Shown: positions 19,118-29,354, counted from the stretch's first letter. The stretch: DNA of 43,010 nt from Patescibacteria group bacterium UBA1400 (GCA_002305125.1 DBQG01000050.1:1-43010), one strand, 5' to 3'. Notes: generated by a model not told the origin, from the sequence alone. Made by a program: numbers and translations.

Positions 19118-20353
19118 CTAAGAAACTCTCTTTTTTAAAATAATGCTTCTGACACCAACGATAAACAGAAAAATTATACTAACATTCCTTAGAATTTGTA
19201 AGTAAAAAATTTCCAGCTGATGACCCTGATTATAAAATTGATCCAAAAACTGACTATATAAAATAGGATAAATAAACTGATTTATTAACGCTATTATAAC
19301 GGCAATAAAAAAAATTATTAAATAATCAAAAAAATACTTCTTACTGGTTTTTAAAAGAGGAATAAAGGACATAAACCAAAAAAGATACTGAGGATGAAGG
19401 TTTTTAGAAAAGATTAAAAATAAAATTCCCAAAAGCATGAAAATACCAGCCTTAACCTGAAGGTGAAAAAAATTCTTAAAATATAAAAAAATATAAAATC
19501 CCAAAAGACTAAAAATCCAATACCAATTAAGCCAAACACTATTGTTCAACCTATCAACAATGCCCCAAACGCCATATCCTCCTATTAATGCCGGAGGTTT
19601 CCCCGCTGTTAATAAAGATTTTGCTGTTAACACTACCCCATAAGTGCTTTCAATACTAATGGGTTTCTTGGCATGAAAGCTAAGACTTGTGGCCAACTGC
19701 TCAAGATTTCCCCCAAGAATAAAAAAAGACAAAGCAGCTGCCATCAAAGCTATAAAAAAGAAGCTTAAAGATAAAAAAATCTTTTTATACTGCTTTTTAA
19801 AAAATAATAAAAGCAGTAAATAAGGCAGAAAAATTATCGGATAAACTTTTAAAGATACGGCAAATCCCAACAAAAAAAAAGAAAGGTAGGTTTTTTTCTT
19901 TTTATAAGCTAAAAAACCCAAAAGAACCAGCAGGGAAACCATAAGCTCAAAACGGAATAGCAGAATCGGCCCCAAAGCCAATAGTAAAATTAAATATAAA
20001 TATGAATTTATTAAAGGTCTCTGAGAAAAATAAAGATAAAGATGTAAAAATAAAAGCAGGATATTAACTAATAAAAAAGACATAAGATAATTAAGATAAG
20101 TTAAACTGGCAGTACCAAATAGATTAAATAAAAGAGGTGTAAAAAGAAAAATTAAAGTACCGGGCAATATTTCATTATTTTGTAAATTTATAAAACTGAA
20201 GCTTTGTAAGAAAACCTCAACTTGCTTAGTGTAATAATTATAAACATCAACCTCTAAATGCCCTCTCCAGACAGGATTATGAGACTGAAGAAAAATTATT
20301 GTTAAAACAAGTTGAGCCAAAAAAAGAAGAGCTATTTTTTTATACTTAAACAT
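19118..20353 (-). CDS. GT-C glycosyltransferase, GT87/DUF2029-like
   Basis: Multi-TM; DV..YY, RFE, K.YP, K.L.PQY..W motifs. Confidence 0.75.
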   Translation of the reverse strand: MFKYKKIALLFLAQLVLTIIFLQSHNPVWRGHLEVDVYNYYTKQVEVFLQSFSFINLQNNEILPGTLIFLFTPLLFNLFGTASLTYLNYLMSFLLVNILLLFLHLYLYFSQRPLINSYLYLILLLALGPILLFRFELMVSLLVLLGFLAYKKKKTYLSFFLLGFAVSLKVYPIIFLPYLLLLLFFKKQYKKIFLSLSFFFIALMAAALSFFILGGNLEQLATSLSFHAKKPISIESTYGVVLTAKSLLTAGKPPALIGGYGVWGIVDRLNNSVWLNWYWIFSLLGFYIFLYFKNFFHLQVKAGIFMLLGILFLIFSKNLHPQYLFWFMSFIPLLKTSKKYFFDYLIIFFIAVIIALINQFIYPILYSQFLDQFYNQGHQLEIFYLQILRNVSIIFLFIVGVRSIILKKRVS

Positions 20354-20450
20354 TTACATTTAAACTAAATAATATCCATTATTATGATACACATTCTTTT
20401 ATCCGCTTGCCAATTTTTCATGTTAAGTAAATTTGTTAACCGAAGTTTTG

Positions 20451-21530
20451 TCAGTACCTTTTGAAGATTTTTTCATCAAAATATTTATGAATTCTACTCC
20501 AATCATTGTCTCTTGGTATTAATACCCACTGTCCATACTCTTCTATTGGAGGATTATATAAAAATCCAGGATTTTCCTCATCTCCATAATCCAAGCTTAA
20601 AGTTCTTATCTGATTGTGGTTTTTAACAAACCTTAGAAAAAGACTTAAAAAAGCGGTCGTCTGCTGTTGAGAGAACTGCGTATCAAGCTTAACATTACTT
20701 CCTAAAGTACTCCTAATTTCCATAATCTTTTTAGGATTAAACATCACATCTAAGGAAAGAATACGATCCTTTAGAGCTAAAAGTATTTGTTTTTGCCGCT
20801 GAGAACGGGCAAAATCTGTTCCTTCTTCTCCTTCGGCATTTCTGGATCTAACATACTTTAGGGCTGACTGGCCGTTCATGTGTTGCAGGCCAGCGTCAAA
20901 ATGTAAATGTTCATACCGACATTTATACTCTAAATCGCCACCACATTCATCATTCTCCCTACCAGCAATCGGATACTTATAGTCATCAAAACTTCTGTCT
21001 ACTTTCACTTCAATTCCATCAAGTAAATCTATCAATTGAACAAAACCCTGAAAATCCATTAAAACAACGTAATGAACTGGCTGATTAACTACCTCATAAA
21101 CAGCATCTTTGACTAATACAAATCCTCCTCCTTCTTTTCGTTCCTCTCCATAATGATAGGCAGTATTTATTTTTGCCTGTAGTGAATCAAGCCAAACATC
21201 ACGGGGCAAAGATAACATAACTGTATCAGCATCATTTTTATCAATAGAAATAAAAATCATCGTGTCGGTTAAATCATTACCTTCGTGATCTCCTCCACTT
21301 ACACCTAGAAGTAAAATGTTGGTTCTGTTATTATTAGAATCTAGGCTGGAAGTATCAGCAGTCATAAGAGAAAAAGCCAGTTTTGGACCTTTAAATGTTT
21401 GGGATAAAAAGTCTTTACAAAAAGGGGCTGTCAGTTTAAGCAAAAAAAGACCTCCTATTATCGCCATTCCTAAAATTAAGGGTTTTAACAAAGATAAATA
21501 TTTAAAAAACTGACGTTTAATCTTGCTCAT
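20451..21530 (-). CDS. LytR-CpsA-Psr (LCP) family glycopolymer transferase
   Basis: TM, NILLLG, LTDTM, SLPRD, KINTAY, ALKYVRSR, DFARSQRQ. Confidence 0.93.
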   Translation of the reverse strand: MSKIKRQFFKYLSLLKPLILGMAIIGGLFLLKLTAPFCKDFLSQTFKGPKLAFSLMTADTSSLDSNNNRTNILLLGVSGGDHEGNDLTDTMIFISIDKNDADTVMLSLPRDVWLDSLQAKINTAYHYGEERKEGGGFVLVKDAVYEVVNQPVHYVVLMDFQGFVQLIDLLDGIEVKVDRSFDDYKYPIAGRENDECGGDLEYKCRYEHLHFDAGLQHMNGQSALKYVRSRNAEGEEGTDFARSQRQKQILLALKDRILSLDVMFNPKKIMEIRSTLGSNVKLDTQFSQQQTTAFLSLFLRFVKNHNQIRTLSLDYGDEENPGFLYNPPIEEYGQWVLIPRDNDWSRIHKYFDEKIFKRY

Positions 21531-21550
21531 TTTTACATTAAAATTTTAAC

Positions 21551-23368
21551 ATGGTCTTTAAATTAGGGGAAGATTTAAATCCAGAACAGAAAAAAGCAGT
21601 CTTATTTGACAAGGGACCTTTATTGGTTTTAGCCGGTGCTGGTTCGGGAAAAACCAGAGTTTTAACTTATAAAACCAGTTTTTATATTTTAGAAAAGAAA
21701 GTTAATCCGCAAAACATTCTCCTACTAACCTTTACCAATAAATCAGCCGAAGAAATGAAACAAAGAATAAAAAACCAGCTTCTTCCCCAGTTAAAACCCC
21801 TAGTCCTTCCCTTTGCCGGTACTTTTCATTCCCTTTGTGCCAAGATTTTAAGAAAAGAAGGTAAGCACCTGGGCATCCTCCCCTCATATCTTATTTACGA
21901 TAAAACTGATCAAAAAGATTTAATTAAACACGTTATGGGGCTTTTAGATATTTCCACACAGAAATTTCAGCCAGCTTCTATCTCTGCCACCATTTCATCG
22001 GCTAAAAATGAACTTATGGATCCTGATGAGTATAAAAAATATGCCAGAGGTTATTTTCAAGAAACGGTGGCCAAAATTTACCCCCTTTACCAACAGCTTT
22101 TATCTGACTATCAGGCTTTAGATTTTGATGATCTTATCTTAAAAACAGTAAAGATTTTTGAACAAGAACCCAAAGTTTTACAAACTTATGAAAACTTATT
22201 TAAATATATTCTTGTTGACGAATATCATGATACCAATCATGCTCAATATAAGTTAACTAAACTTCTGGCTAAAAATCACCAAAACCTTACTGTTGTCGCT
22301 GACTGTTCCCAAAGTATTTATGGTTGGAGAGGGGCTGATTTCCGCAATGTATTAAATTTACAAAAAGACTTTCCTTCCATTAAAACCATTAATTTAGAAC
22401 AAAACTACCGTTGTAGCAAAACAATTCTTAAAGCGGCCTTCTCAGTTATAAACAAAAACACCACTCATCCTGTCTTAAATTTGTGGACAGAAAACTTTAC
22501 AGGCAACAAAATTAAATTCTATCAGGCTCTTTCAGAAAAAGATGAGGCTTTATTTATAGTCCAGGAAGTTTTAGGACAAATGGTAAATAATCATGCTAGC
22601 TTCGATGATTTTGTCGTCCTTTACCGCACCAATGCTCAATCGCGGGTACTGGAAGAGGCTTTTTTACAAGCCAGCTTGCCTTATATTCTTGTCGGCGGCG
22701 TCCGTTTTTACGAACGAAAGGAAATAAAAGACTGCCTCGCTTATCTAAGACTGCTGCAAAACCCAAAAGACAGAATTTCTTATAAAAGAGTTGAAAAACT
22801 GGGAAAAAGAAAACTTGATAAGTTTTTAGAGCTCCAAGAAAAAATTGACCTAACAAAAATAAAAACCATTGATCTTTTAAAAAAGGTTTTGGAAACTGTT
22901 GATTACTGGTCTTTTTTTAATAAAAAGGATGAAAAAGATTTGGCTAGAATTGAGAATATTAAAGAACTTTTTTCTGTGGCTTTGGAATTTACCAAACTGA
23001 CCGATTTTCTGGAAAATGTGGCCCTAGTAGAACAAGAGTATCAATCAGAAACTGATCTTAAAACAGAAGGAAAAAAAGCCGTAACTTTAATGACCCTACA
23101 TGCCGCTAAAGGCCTAGAGTTTAAAACTGTTTTTATGACCGGCATGGAAGAAGGAATCTTTCCCCACTCCCGCAGCTTATTGGCAAAAGACGAGCTTGAA
23201 GAAGAAAGAAGACTAGCATATGTAGGCATAACCAGGGCTAAAGAAAACCTTTATTTAACCTGCAGCAGGCAGCGTTTATACTTTGGCAGCCAGAACTATA
23301 ACCAAATTTCCCGCTTCATTACCGAAATTGATAGTAATTTGCTACAATTAGTTAATGATCGTTCGTGA
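21551..23368 (+). CDS. pcrA: SF1A DNA helicase PcrA/UvrD (compact form)
   Basis: LNPEQ, AGAGSGKT, TFTNK, DEYHD, QSIY.WRGA, LEQNYR, LYRTNAQSR, TLHAAKGLEF, EERRLAYVGITRA. Confidence 0.92.
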   Translation: MVFKLGEDLNPEQKKAVLFDKGPLLVLAGAGSGKTRVLTYKTSFYILEKKVNPQNILLLTFTNKSAEEMKQRIKNQLLPQLKPLVLPFAGTFHSLCAKILRKEGKHLGILPSYLIYDKTDQKDLIKHVMGLLDISTQKFQPASISATISSAKNELMDPDEYKKYARGYFQETVAKIYPLYQQLLSDYQALDFDDLILKTVKIFEQEPKVLQTYENLFKYILVDEYHDTNHAQYKLTKLLAKNHQNLTVVADCSQSIYGWRGADFRNVLNLQKDFPSIKTINLEQNYRCSKTILKAAFSVINKNTTHPVLNLWTENFTGNKIKFYQALSEKDEALFIVQEVLGQMVNNHASFDDFVVLYRTNAQSRVLEEAFLQASLPYILVGGVRFYERKEIKDCLAYLRLLQNPKDRISYKRVEKLGKRKLDKFLELQEKIDLTKIKTIDLLKKVLETVDYWSFFNKKDEKDLARIENIKELFSVALEFTKLTDFLENVALVEQEYQSETDLKTEGKKAVTLMTLHAAKGLEFKTVFMTGMEEGIFPHSRSLLAKDELEEERRLAYVGITRAKENLYLTCSRQRLYFGSQNYNQISRFITEIDSNLLQLVNDRS

Positions 23369-24356
23369 AGTTTATCTTGAAGAAAAAGAACAATTTAACC
23401 AAGTGGTTACTCACCCCCTGCAATCTTGGCAATGGGGGGAGTTTAGAGAAAAAACAGGAGTTAAAGTCTTAAGGATTTCGGGTTTTGAGCAAAAAAATGT
23501 AATCTCCGGCTTTCAGCTTACCATTCATCCTATTCCTAAAACAAATTATACCATCGGCTATTTACCAAAATGTACAAAACCAGACTCACAGATATTTGAA
23601 GCCCTTAAAAAAATCGGCCAGGATTATAACTGTATTTTCATTAAGATGGAGCCTAACCTTACTTCCGGTAAACAGTATTTTTTAGAAAACAACTGCATGC
23701 CGGGCAGACCTTTGTTTACTAAATATACCTTTCAAATCGATCTGAGAAAGACGGAAGAAAATTTACTGGAACAAATGAAACAGAAAACAAGATATAATCT
23801 TAGGCTGGCTCAAAAAAATGGCGTCAAAGTTGAAGAAGATAATTCTTTAAACGCCTTTCAAGCTTACCTTGAGCTCACTTTCCAAACTACTAAAAGACAA
23901 AAGTTTTATGCTCATAACAAAGAGTATCATGAAAAAATGTGGCAAACTCTTTTCCCCAGTGGTATTGCCCATCTTTTAAAGGCAACTTATAAAAATCAAA
24001 TTTTAGCTACCTGGATCTTATTTACTTTTAATAATGTCTTATACTATCCTTACGGAGCTTCTTCGCGGGAGTACCGGGAAGTTATGGCTTCAAACCTTCT
24101 AATGTGGGAAGCGATCAGATTTGGTCAACAGCAGCACTGTCATACTTTTGATATGTGGGGCAGTTTGGGACCCGAACCTGACACAAAAGACCCCTGGTAT
24201 GGATTTCACCGTTTTAAAGAAGGCTATGGTGCTAACCTGGTTGAATTTATCGGTACCTATGACTTTATCTTAAACCAACCTTTATACAATCTTTATAATA
24301 TTGCTGATAATTTACGCTGGAAATATTTAAAACTCAAAGCCTTGCTTCCTTTTTAA
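23355..24356 (+). CDS. FemABX-family peptidoglycan bridge aminoacyltransferase
   Basis: HPLQS.QWG.FR, IDL......MKQKTRYN.R.A.K.GV, Y.YGAS, FDMWG, FKEGYG. Confidence 0.88.
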   Translation: MIVREVYLEEKEQFNQVVTHPLQSWQWGEFREKTGVKVLRISGFEQKNVISGFQLTIHPIPKTNYTIGYLPKCTKPDSQIFEALKKIGQDYNCIFIKMEPNLTSGKQYFLENNCMPGRPLFTKYTFQIDLRKTEENLLEQMKQKTRYNLRLAQKNGVKVEEDNSLNAFQAYLELTFQTTKRQKFYAHNKEYHEKMWQTLFPSGIAHLLKATYKNQILATWILFTFNNVLYYPYGASSREYREVMASNLLMWEAIRFGQQQHCHTFDMWGSLGPEPDTKDPWYGFHRFKEGYGANLVEFIGTYDFILNQPLYNLYNIADNLRWKYLKLKALLPF

Positions 24357-24357
24357 C

Positions 24358-25323
24358 ATGAACACTTTCTTTCCGCTTCAAGACGTCCGGCAAACCGTTT
24401 TTTATGCTAATTTTATGAAAAAAATGGGCTGGAGAGTAAAAAAAATTGATTGTTGTTATCTGTTTTTTAAGAAACTACCTTTTTTACCTTTTTATCTAGG
24501 AAAAATCTTGCGCTACAGCAATAAACTTAATCTCCAAAAGTTAAAAGATGCGGTAAAAAAATATCGCTTTCTCTTTATCAAGCTTTACCCTTTTCAAATA
24601 CATAAAAACTTAGTAAGTCATACTAAAAAGCAAGGAAAAACCAAAAACTCTCTTTTCAAAAAAGACAATCATCCTTTAATCCCCACTAAAACTATTTTTC
24701 TTGATTTGGAAAAGAACCTTGAAGAAATAAAAAAAAGTTTCAAGCAAAAAACCCGCTATAATTTAAATTTAAGCCTGAGAAAAGAAGTTATAACAAAAGT
24801 TATTGACGGCGGCCGTATAACAAATAAACAGTTAAAAGAATTTTTTGACCTTTGGTCCCAAAACAAACCTTATAATTTTCTTTTCAAACCCTCCCTTAAA
24901 GAACTGCTGAGTTTAACTGAAAGCTTTTCTAAAAATTGTTTTTTTGTTTTTGTTTTTAAGCATAAGGAAATTATTGCCCAAAGCTTAATCTTAACTTCAA
25001 AAAATATGGCCTGTTACTGGTTTAATGCTTCTAATAAAAAAGGAAAGGCTTTATTTGCTCCTACTTTAGTAATTTGGGAAGCTGTCAGAGAAGGAAAAAA
25101 AAGGGGTTTAAAAGTGTTTGATCTTGATGGTATCTATGACAAAAGGTTCAATAATCAAGCCGGATGGCAGGGGTTTAGCAGATTTAAACAAGGGTTTGGG
25201 GGCAAAATAGTTGTTTTCACAAAACCTTTAACCTTTAAAACTTTTCTTTTAAACAGATTACTGCCAGGCGGGACAAAGAAGTTTAAAAGGACAAAAGTCA
25301 CAGTAAAGTCCGGGACTGGGTAA
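24358..25323 (+). CDS. Second, more divergent FemABX-family protein
   Basis: RQT..YA.FM...GW, LDL......FKQKTRYNL, FDLDG, GF.RFKQGFGG. Confidence 0.8.
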   Translation: MNTFFPLQDVRQTVFYANFMKKMGWRVKKIDCCYLFFKKLPFLPFYLGKILRYSNKLNLQKLKDAVKKYRFLFIKLYPFQIHKNLVSHTKKQGKTKNSLFKKDNHPLIPTKTIFLDLEKNLEEIKKSFKQKTRYNLNLSLRKEVITKVIDGGRITNKQLKEFFDLWSQNKPYNFLFKPSLKELLSLTESFSKNCFFVFVFKHKEIIAQSLILTSKNMACYWFNASNKKGKALFAPTLVIWEAVREGKKRGLKVFDLDGIYDKRFNNQAGWQGFSRFKQGFGGKIVVFTKPLTFKTFLLNRLLPGGTKKFKRTKVTVKSGTG

Positions 25324-28143
25324 AAAATCTGAAGTTTCAATCTCTTGAGCGGTTTGCTTAATGCTGGTACGAATATTTTTTATATCTCTGGCCGTCCTTT
25401 GGGTAGAAACTTTTTCCTGGCTTTCTAAAAAATAAAAAGACAGAATAATATCCTCCGGCTTTTTGGCAAAAGTACCCACATCAGAAGCTGCCAAGGCATA
25501 AACTGACATCTGCTCATCTTTATCAACTTCTTTTTGGGTTTTTAATTTACCGGTTTTATAGTCAATAATTTCAATTTTTCCACCCACCCTGTCAACCCTG
25601 TCAAAACGCCCTCCTATTTTTAAATCTGCAGAAAGCTTTACGACAAAAGGCTGTTCCAGAACCAAAGGCTTATCGTGCCTACTATAACCATGCTGATAAA
25701 ACGATCTAAGCATGTCCTCGGCTTTTAAAAACATTCTTTGTTCCTGAGCTTTAGAAGCATAACCCTCTTTATGCCAAAGTTTTTTCAAACTGTCGGTTAA
25801 ATCTTTTTCTCCAACTTTTTCTCCTGTTAAAATTAACTGATAAAAGTCCTTTAACGACTGATGAATAGAAGTGCCAAAAGAGGCCTGAAAAGCATGAGGT
25901 ACGGGAATTTTTATAATATAGCTGTACTTATACTGCAAAGGACAACGGTTAAAAGTCTGCAGCTGGGAATAAGATAAATAATTAACTTTTACTTTAGCCG
26001 GAGAAAGACGGGCAAAAGGGACGGTGGTTAAATCAGGCTTAAAATCAAACATAGAAAGCTGATTTTTTTTAACTTCCACAGTCTGCTCGGCAACCTTTTC
26101 ACCTAAAGCTTCAGTAATAAAAGGAGAAAGTTTTTTCATTCTTTTTCCCTCACCATAAAATTTTGCAGCGGTAAAATAAAGCTTTTCTTTAGCCCTTGTC
26201 ATTGCTACATAAAAAAGCCGTCTCTCTTCCTGCAAATGAGGATCTCCTTCCGGCAAAGTTTCTTTAACTAACTCATCAGTAATGGGAATCTGTTCACCTC
26301 TTCTTTGACTAGGAAATCTTTGGGAAACCAAGTTAATCAAAAAAACAACCGGAAACTCAAGCCCCTTACTGCTATGAACGGTTAAAATATTAACTTTATT
26401 TTCTTCTGTCCAGTCAATATCAGAAGCTAAAGGCGATTCTCCCATCTCCAGTTTAAGATTGAGCCAGTCAACTACTGATTCGACCGACGCTTCTTCATTT
26501 TCTATTTCGTAAGTTTTTAGTTTATCAAAAAATTTAGCAATATTATTAACCCGGTCCTCTTGGTCTTTACTATTAACTTCGGCAAGCTGTGGCAATATTC
26601 CCGTATCTTCAAGAAAAAAGTAAAGAACCTGACCAGCACTTTGTTTGGACGCAAGTTCTAAATGGCGATAAACCATAGTTATAATATTTTTAATTCTGGT
26701 TTTACTGTCTTCACTTACTAAAAGAGCTTCAACTTGTTCTGCTGCCTCAAATAAGGAAATATTTTGTTTCTTGGCAAAGTTACGCAAAGCAACAATATCC
26801 CGGGCGGAAAGTTTGAAAATAGGCAAAGATAAAACCCTAAAAAAAGCAACACTGTCTTCAAAATTATAAAGAAGCCTAAGGTAAGCAATTAGGTCCAGTA
26901 CTTCCTCTTGCCTAAAAAGCCTGCCCGGACCTAAAAACTGAAAAGGAATTCCAGAACGTAAAAAGGTGGCAATAAAACCATCGGCATGATTATTAGCTCG
27001 CACCAAAACAGCTATATCTTTTAATTTATATCCTGAAGAAGTAAGTTTTTTAATTTCCTCTGACACCATCTCTGCCTCATCATCAACCCTGTTAGCTACA
27101 AACAGCTTAATTTTTTCACCCTTTCCCTGGTTGGCAGCTACAAGTTTTTTAGAAATATTTTCTTTAACCTCAAGTCTATCAGGATTATTGTGCTGAATTA
27201 AATCATAAGATCTGTTTAAAATTTCCTGGGTAGAACGATAGTTTTTTGTCAAAGTAACTATTTTTACTTGAGGATAGGTTTTTTTAAAATTCAACACATT
27301 GGAAACAGCTGCCCCTCTCCACTTATAAATACTCTGATCATCATCAGCCACAACTGTTAAATTGGCACACTTTCCTGCCAATAAGTTGACCAACTCGTTT
27401 TGGGCAATATTAGTATCCTGAAACTCATCAACCAGAATATATTTAAACCTTTGCTGATAGTTGGCTAAAATATTTTTTCTTAACTTAAAAAGGAATAGGG
27501 TTTTGGAGATAAGATCGGCAAAATCCATTACTCCGTTTTCTATCTTTAATTGATCATATTTTTTAAAAGCTTTAGCAAGTTCTAAGGTTTTTTCCAGATC
27601 TGATTGCAAAGCCTCATCAACATTTTTCTTATTTAAATCTATTTGTTTTTTGGCATAAACCAAATACTCATCAGGATTAATTGCCTCATCCTGCAGGCGG
27701 GAAAAATGGGTCAACAAGCCTAATAAAAACTTATGGGGGTTAGTAACCGGACGAAAATAATTAAGTTCTAGCTCAAATAAATGCTTTTTTAAAAACATCA
27801 GGGTCTCTGCCTGGGTCATCAAATTAAAATAAGGGTCAAGGCCGATATGCAAAGCTTCATCCCGCAATACCTTGTCCCCAAAAGCATGAAAGGTAGAGAT
27901 CCACATCTGGAAAAAACCAAAAGGAACAATTTTATCTACCCTTTCTTCCATTTCCTGAGCTGCTTTTTCCGTAAAAGTTAAGGCCAGAATTTCAGCCGGC
28001 TTAGCTTGGCCGGAAGAAATTAAATGCTTTATCCGCTCAGTTACAACTGTTGTCTTGCCCGTACCGGCACCGGCGATAATAAGCAAAGGACCCTTACCAT
28101 GTTTGATCGCTTCTACTTGCTGTTTGTTTAAAGTTTTCTTCAC
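25258..28143 (-). CDS. UvrD-type helicase fused to a C-terminal PD-(D/E)XK nuclease with a 4-Cys Fe-S motif (AdnB/AddAB-like)
   Basis: AGAGTGKT, DEFQD, QSIY.WRGA, TVHSSKGLEF, EERRLFYVAMTRA; LSYS...CP, GRFDRVD, IIDYKTG, Q...Y, CDFCPFKLLC; start placed at GTG 28143, 6 nt after TATAAT. Confidence 0.9.
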   Translation of the reverse strand: MKKTLNKQQVEAIKHGKGPLLIIAGAGTGKTTVVTERIKHLISSGQAKPAEILALTFTEKAAQEMEERVDKIVPFGFFQMWISTFHAFGDKVLRDEALHIGLDPYFNLMTQAETLMFLKKHLFELELNYFRPVTNPHKFLLGLLTHFSRLQDEAINPDEYLVYAKKQIDLNKKNVDEALQSDLEKTLELAKAFKKYDQLKIENGVMDFADLISKTLFLFKLRKNILANYQQRFKYILVDEFQDTNIAQNELVNLLAGKCANLTVVADDDQSIYKWRGAAVSNVLNFKKTYPQVKIVTLTKNYRSTQEILNRSYDLIQHNNPDRLEVKENISKKLVAANQGKGEKIKLFVANRVDDEAEMVSEEIKKLTSSGYKLKDIAVLVRANNHADGFIATFLRSGIPFQFLGPGRLFRQEEVLDLIAYLRLLYNFEDSVAFFRVLSLPIFKLSARDIVALRNFAKKQNISLFEAAEQVEALLVSEDSKTRIKNIITMVYRHLELASKQSAGQVLYFFLEDTGILPQLAEVNSKDQEDRVNNIAKFFDKLKTYEIENEEASVESVVDWLNLKLEMGESPLASDIDWTEENKVNILTVHSSKGLEFPVVFLINLVSQRFPSQRRGEQIPITDELVKETLPEGDPHLQEERRLFYVAMTRAKEKLYFTAAKFYGEGKRMKKLSPFITEALGEKVAEQTVEVKKNQLSMFDFKPDLTTVPFARLSPAKVKVNYLSYSQLQTFNRCPLQYKYSYIIKIPVPHAFQASFGTSIHQSLKDFYQLILTGEKVGEKDLTDSLKKLWHKEGYASKAQEQRMFLKAEDMLRSFYQHGYSRHDKPLVLEQPFVVKLSADLKIGGRFDRVDRVGGKIEIIDYKTGKLKTQKEVDKDEQMSVYALAASDVGTFAKKPEDIILSFYFLESQEKVSTQRTARDIKNIRTSIKQTAQEIETSDFLPSPGLYCDFCPFKLLCPAWQ

Positions 28144-28261
28144 TCTTTTATTATACTGTATTTTTATTCCCAAGCAGGCTTAAATACCGATCACCGCTAT
28201 CAGGAAAAATTTCTGACTGTAATCGGCAGAAAAATTAGCTTAATTCAAAAAGGTAAAATTA

Positions 28262-29329
28262 TTAATCGCTGGGTTCTGACTTTAGTTTCTTAATCTCTTC
28301 ACTGGTTTCTGAAAGAGCCTGAGTAGAAGAAAGTTTTTGCCCCAAGAGGGAAAAATTTTGCATTACATTGGCAAACTGATTATAGGCATTATTTAGATGC
28401 TTACCCAGAACCTGAATAACTGTTTCTGTTTTTTCATAATCTTTTTGAATCGCCCTTAGCATTCTGAATACCTGCCTGGATCTAACCTCAATCTTCTGTC
28501 CTTCAAAAGAAAGTAAAACTGTCTGTAAATGAACATATAAAGTATTGGGAGAAACCGGATAAATCCGATATTTTCTGGCAAAATCAAGCAGAACAGTATT
28601 ATTAGCTACTTCATAAAAAACCGTTTCCGAGGGTAAATACATAAAGGCAAAGTCTAAAGTTCCTTCCTCGGGAACAATATATTTTTTAGCAATATCCGTG
28701 ATGTGTTTTTTAACATCGTTAACAAATACTTTTTGAGCCTTTTTTCTTTCTCCCTTATCATCAGATGTTGTCATCTTCCGAAAATTTTCCATGGGAAATT
28801 TAGAGTCAATAGGGATAATACCGGCTGAAGTTTTTATAGCTGCATCTACTTTTTCTCCTGACTTAAAACAATGCTGCAAAAAAAAGCTTCCTTTAGGAAA
28901 AGACTGCGAAATTAAATCCTTTAAAACCTGCTCACCAATATTGCCCCTTAACTTAGGTGATTGTAAAAATACCTGTAAATCCCTCATGCTCTGACCCAAC
29001 TCGCTCATCTGACCTACTTCTTTAGAAACCTGAGAGATAAACTTAGCGGCATTATCAAGCCTTTGGTTCATAGACTTGGTTGATTCATGAAGAGTATCGG
29101 CAATATTTTTATTGGTCGTATTTAAAACCTGCTGCAGGTTTTGAGACTGATTCTGAAGTCCTTTTTGTAAGTTGCTGGTTCCCTGTTGAAGAGTTTCTAT
29201 TACCTTTAACAGGTTTTCATCCGTTTTGTTTGCCTGCTCTAACTGCTTAATTTTTGTACTTAAATACCAGGCCAAAACACTAAATCCACCAACCAATAAA
29301 GCAGCTAATAAGTAGATTTCATTTGCCAT
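28262..29329 (-). CDS. rmuC: DNA recombination protein RmuC
   Basis: N-terminal TM, coiled coil, K.RG..GE..L, VDA.I...IDSKFP, KYI.P...T.DFA.MY.PSE, VSPNT. Confidence 0.92.
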   Translation of the reverse strand: MANEIYLLAALLVGGFSVLAWYLSTKIKQLEQANKTDENLLKVIETLQQGTSNLQKGLQNQSQNLQQVLNTTNKNIADTLHESTKSMNQRLDNAAKFISQVSKEVGQMSELGQSMRDLQVFLQSPKLRGNIGEQVLKDLISQSFPKGSFFLQHCFKSGEKVDAAIKTSAGIIPIDSKFPMENFRKMTTSDDKGERKKAQKVFVNDVKKHITDIAKKYIVPEEGTLDFAFMYLPSETVFYEVANNTVLLDFARKYRIYPVSPNTLYVHLQTVLLSFEGQKIEVRSRQVFRMLRAIQKDYEKTETVIQVLGKHLNNAYNQFANVMQNFSLLGQKLSSTQALSETSEEIKKLKSEPSD

Positions 29330-29354
29330 GTTTTTTATTATACTATAAATATAA

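Noticed and set aside
25258..26000. Cas4-like nuclease domain as evidence of CRISPR-Cas
   Set aside because: It is fused to a UvrD motor and no cas1/cas2 or array is present; a repair helicase-nuclease fits better
28205..28240. Inverted repeat TTTCTG...CAGAAA between rmuC and the helicase-nuclease
   Set aside because: Only a 6-bp AT-rich stem with an 11-nt loop; too weak to call a terminator
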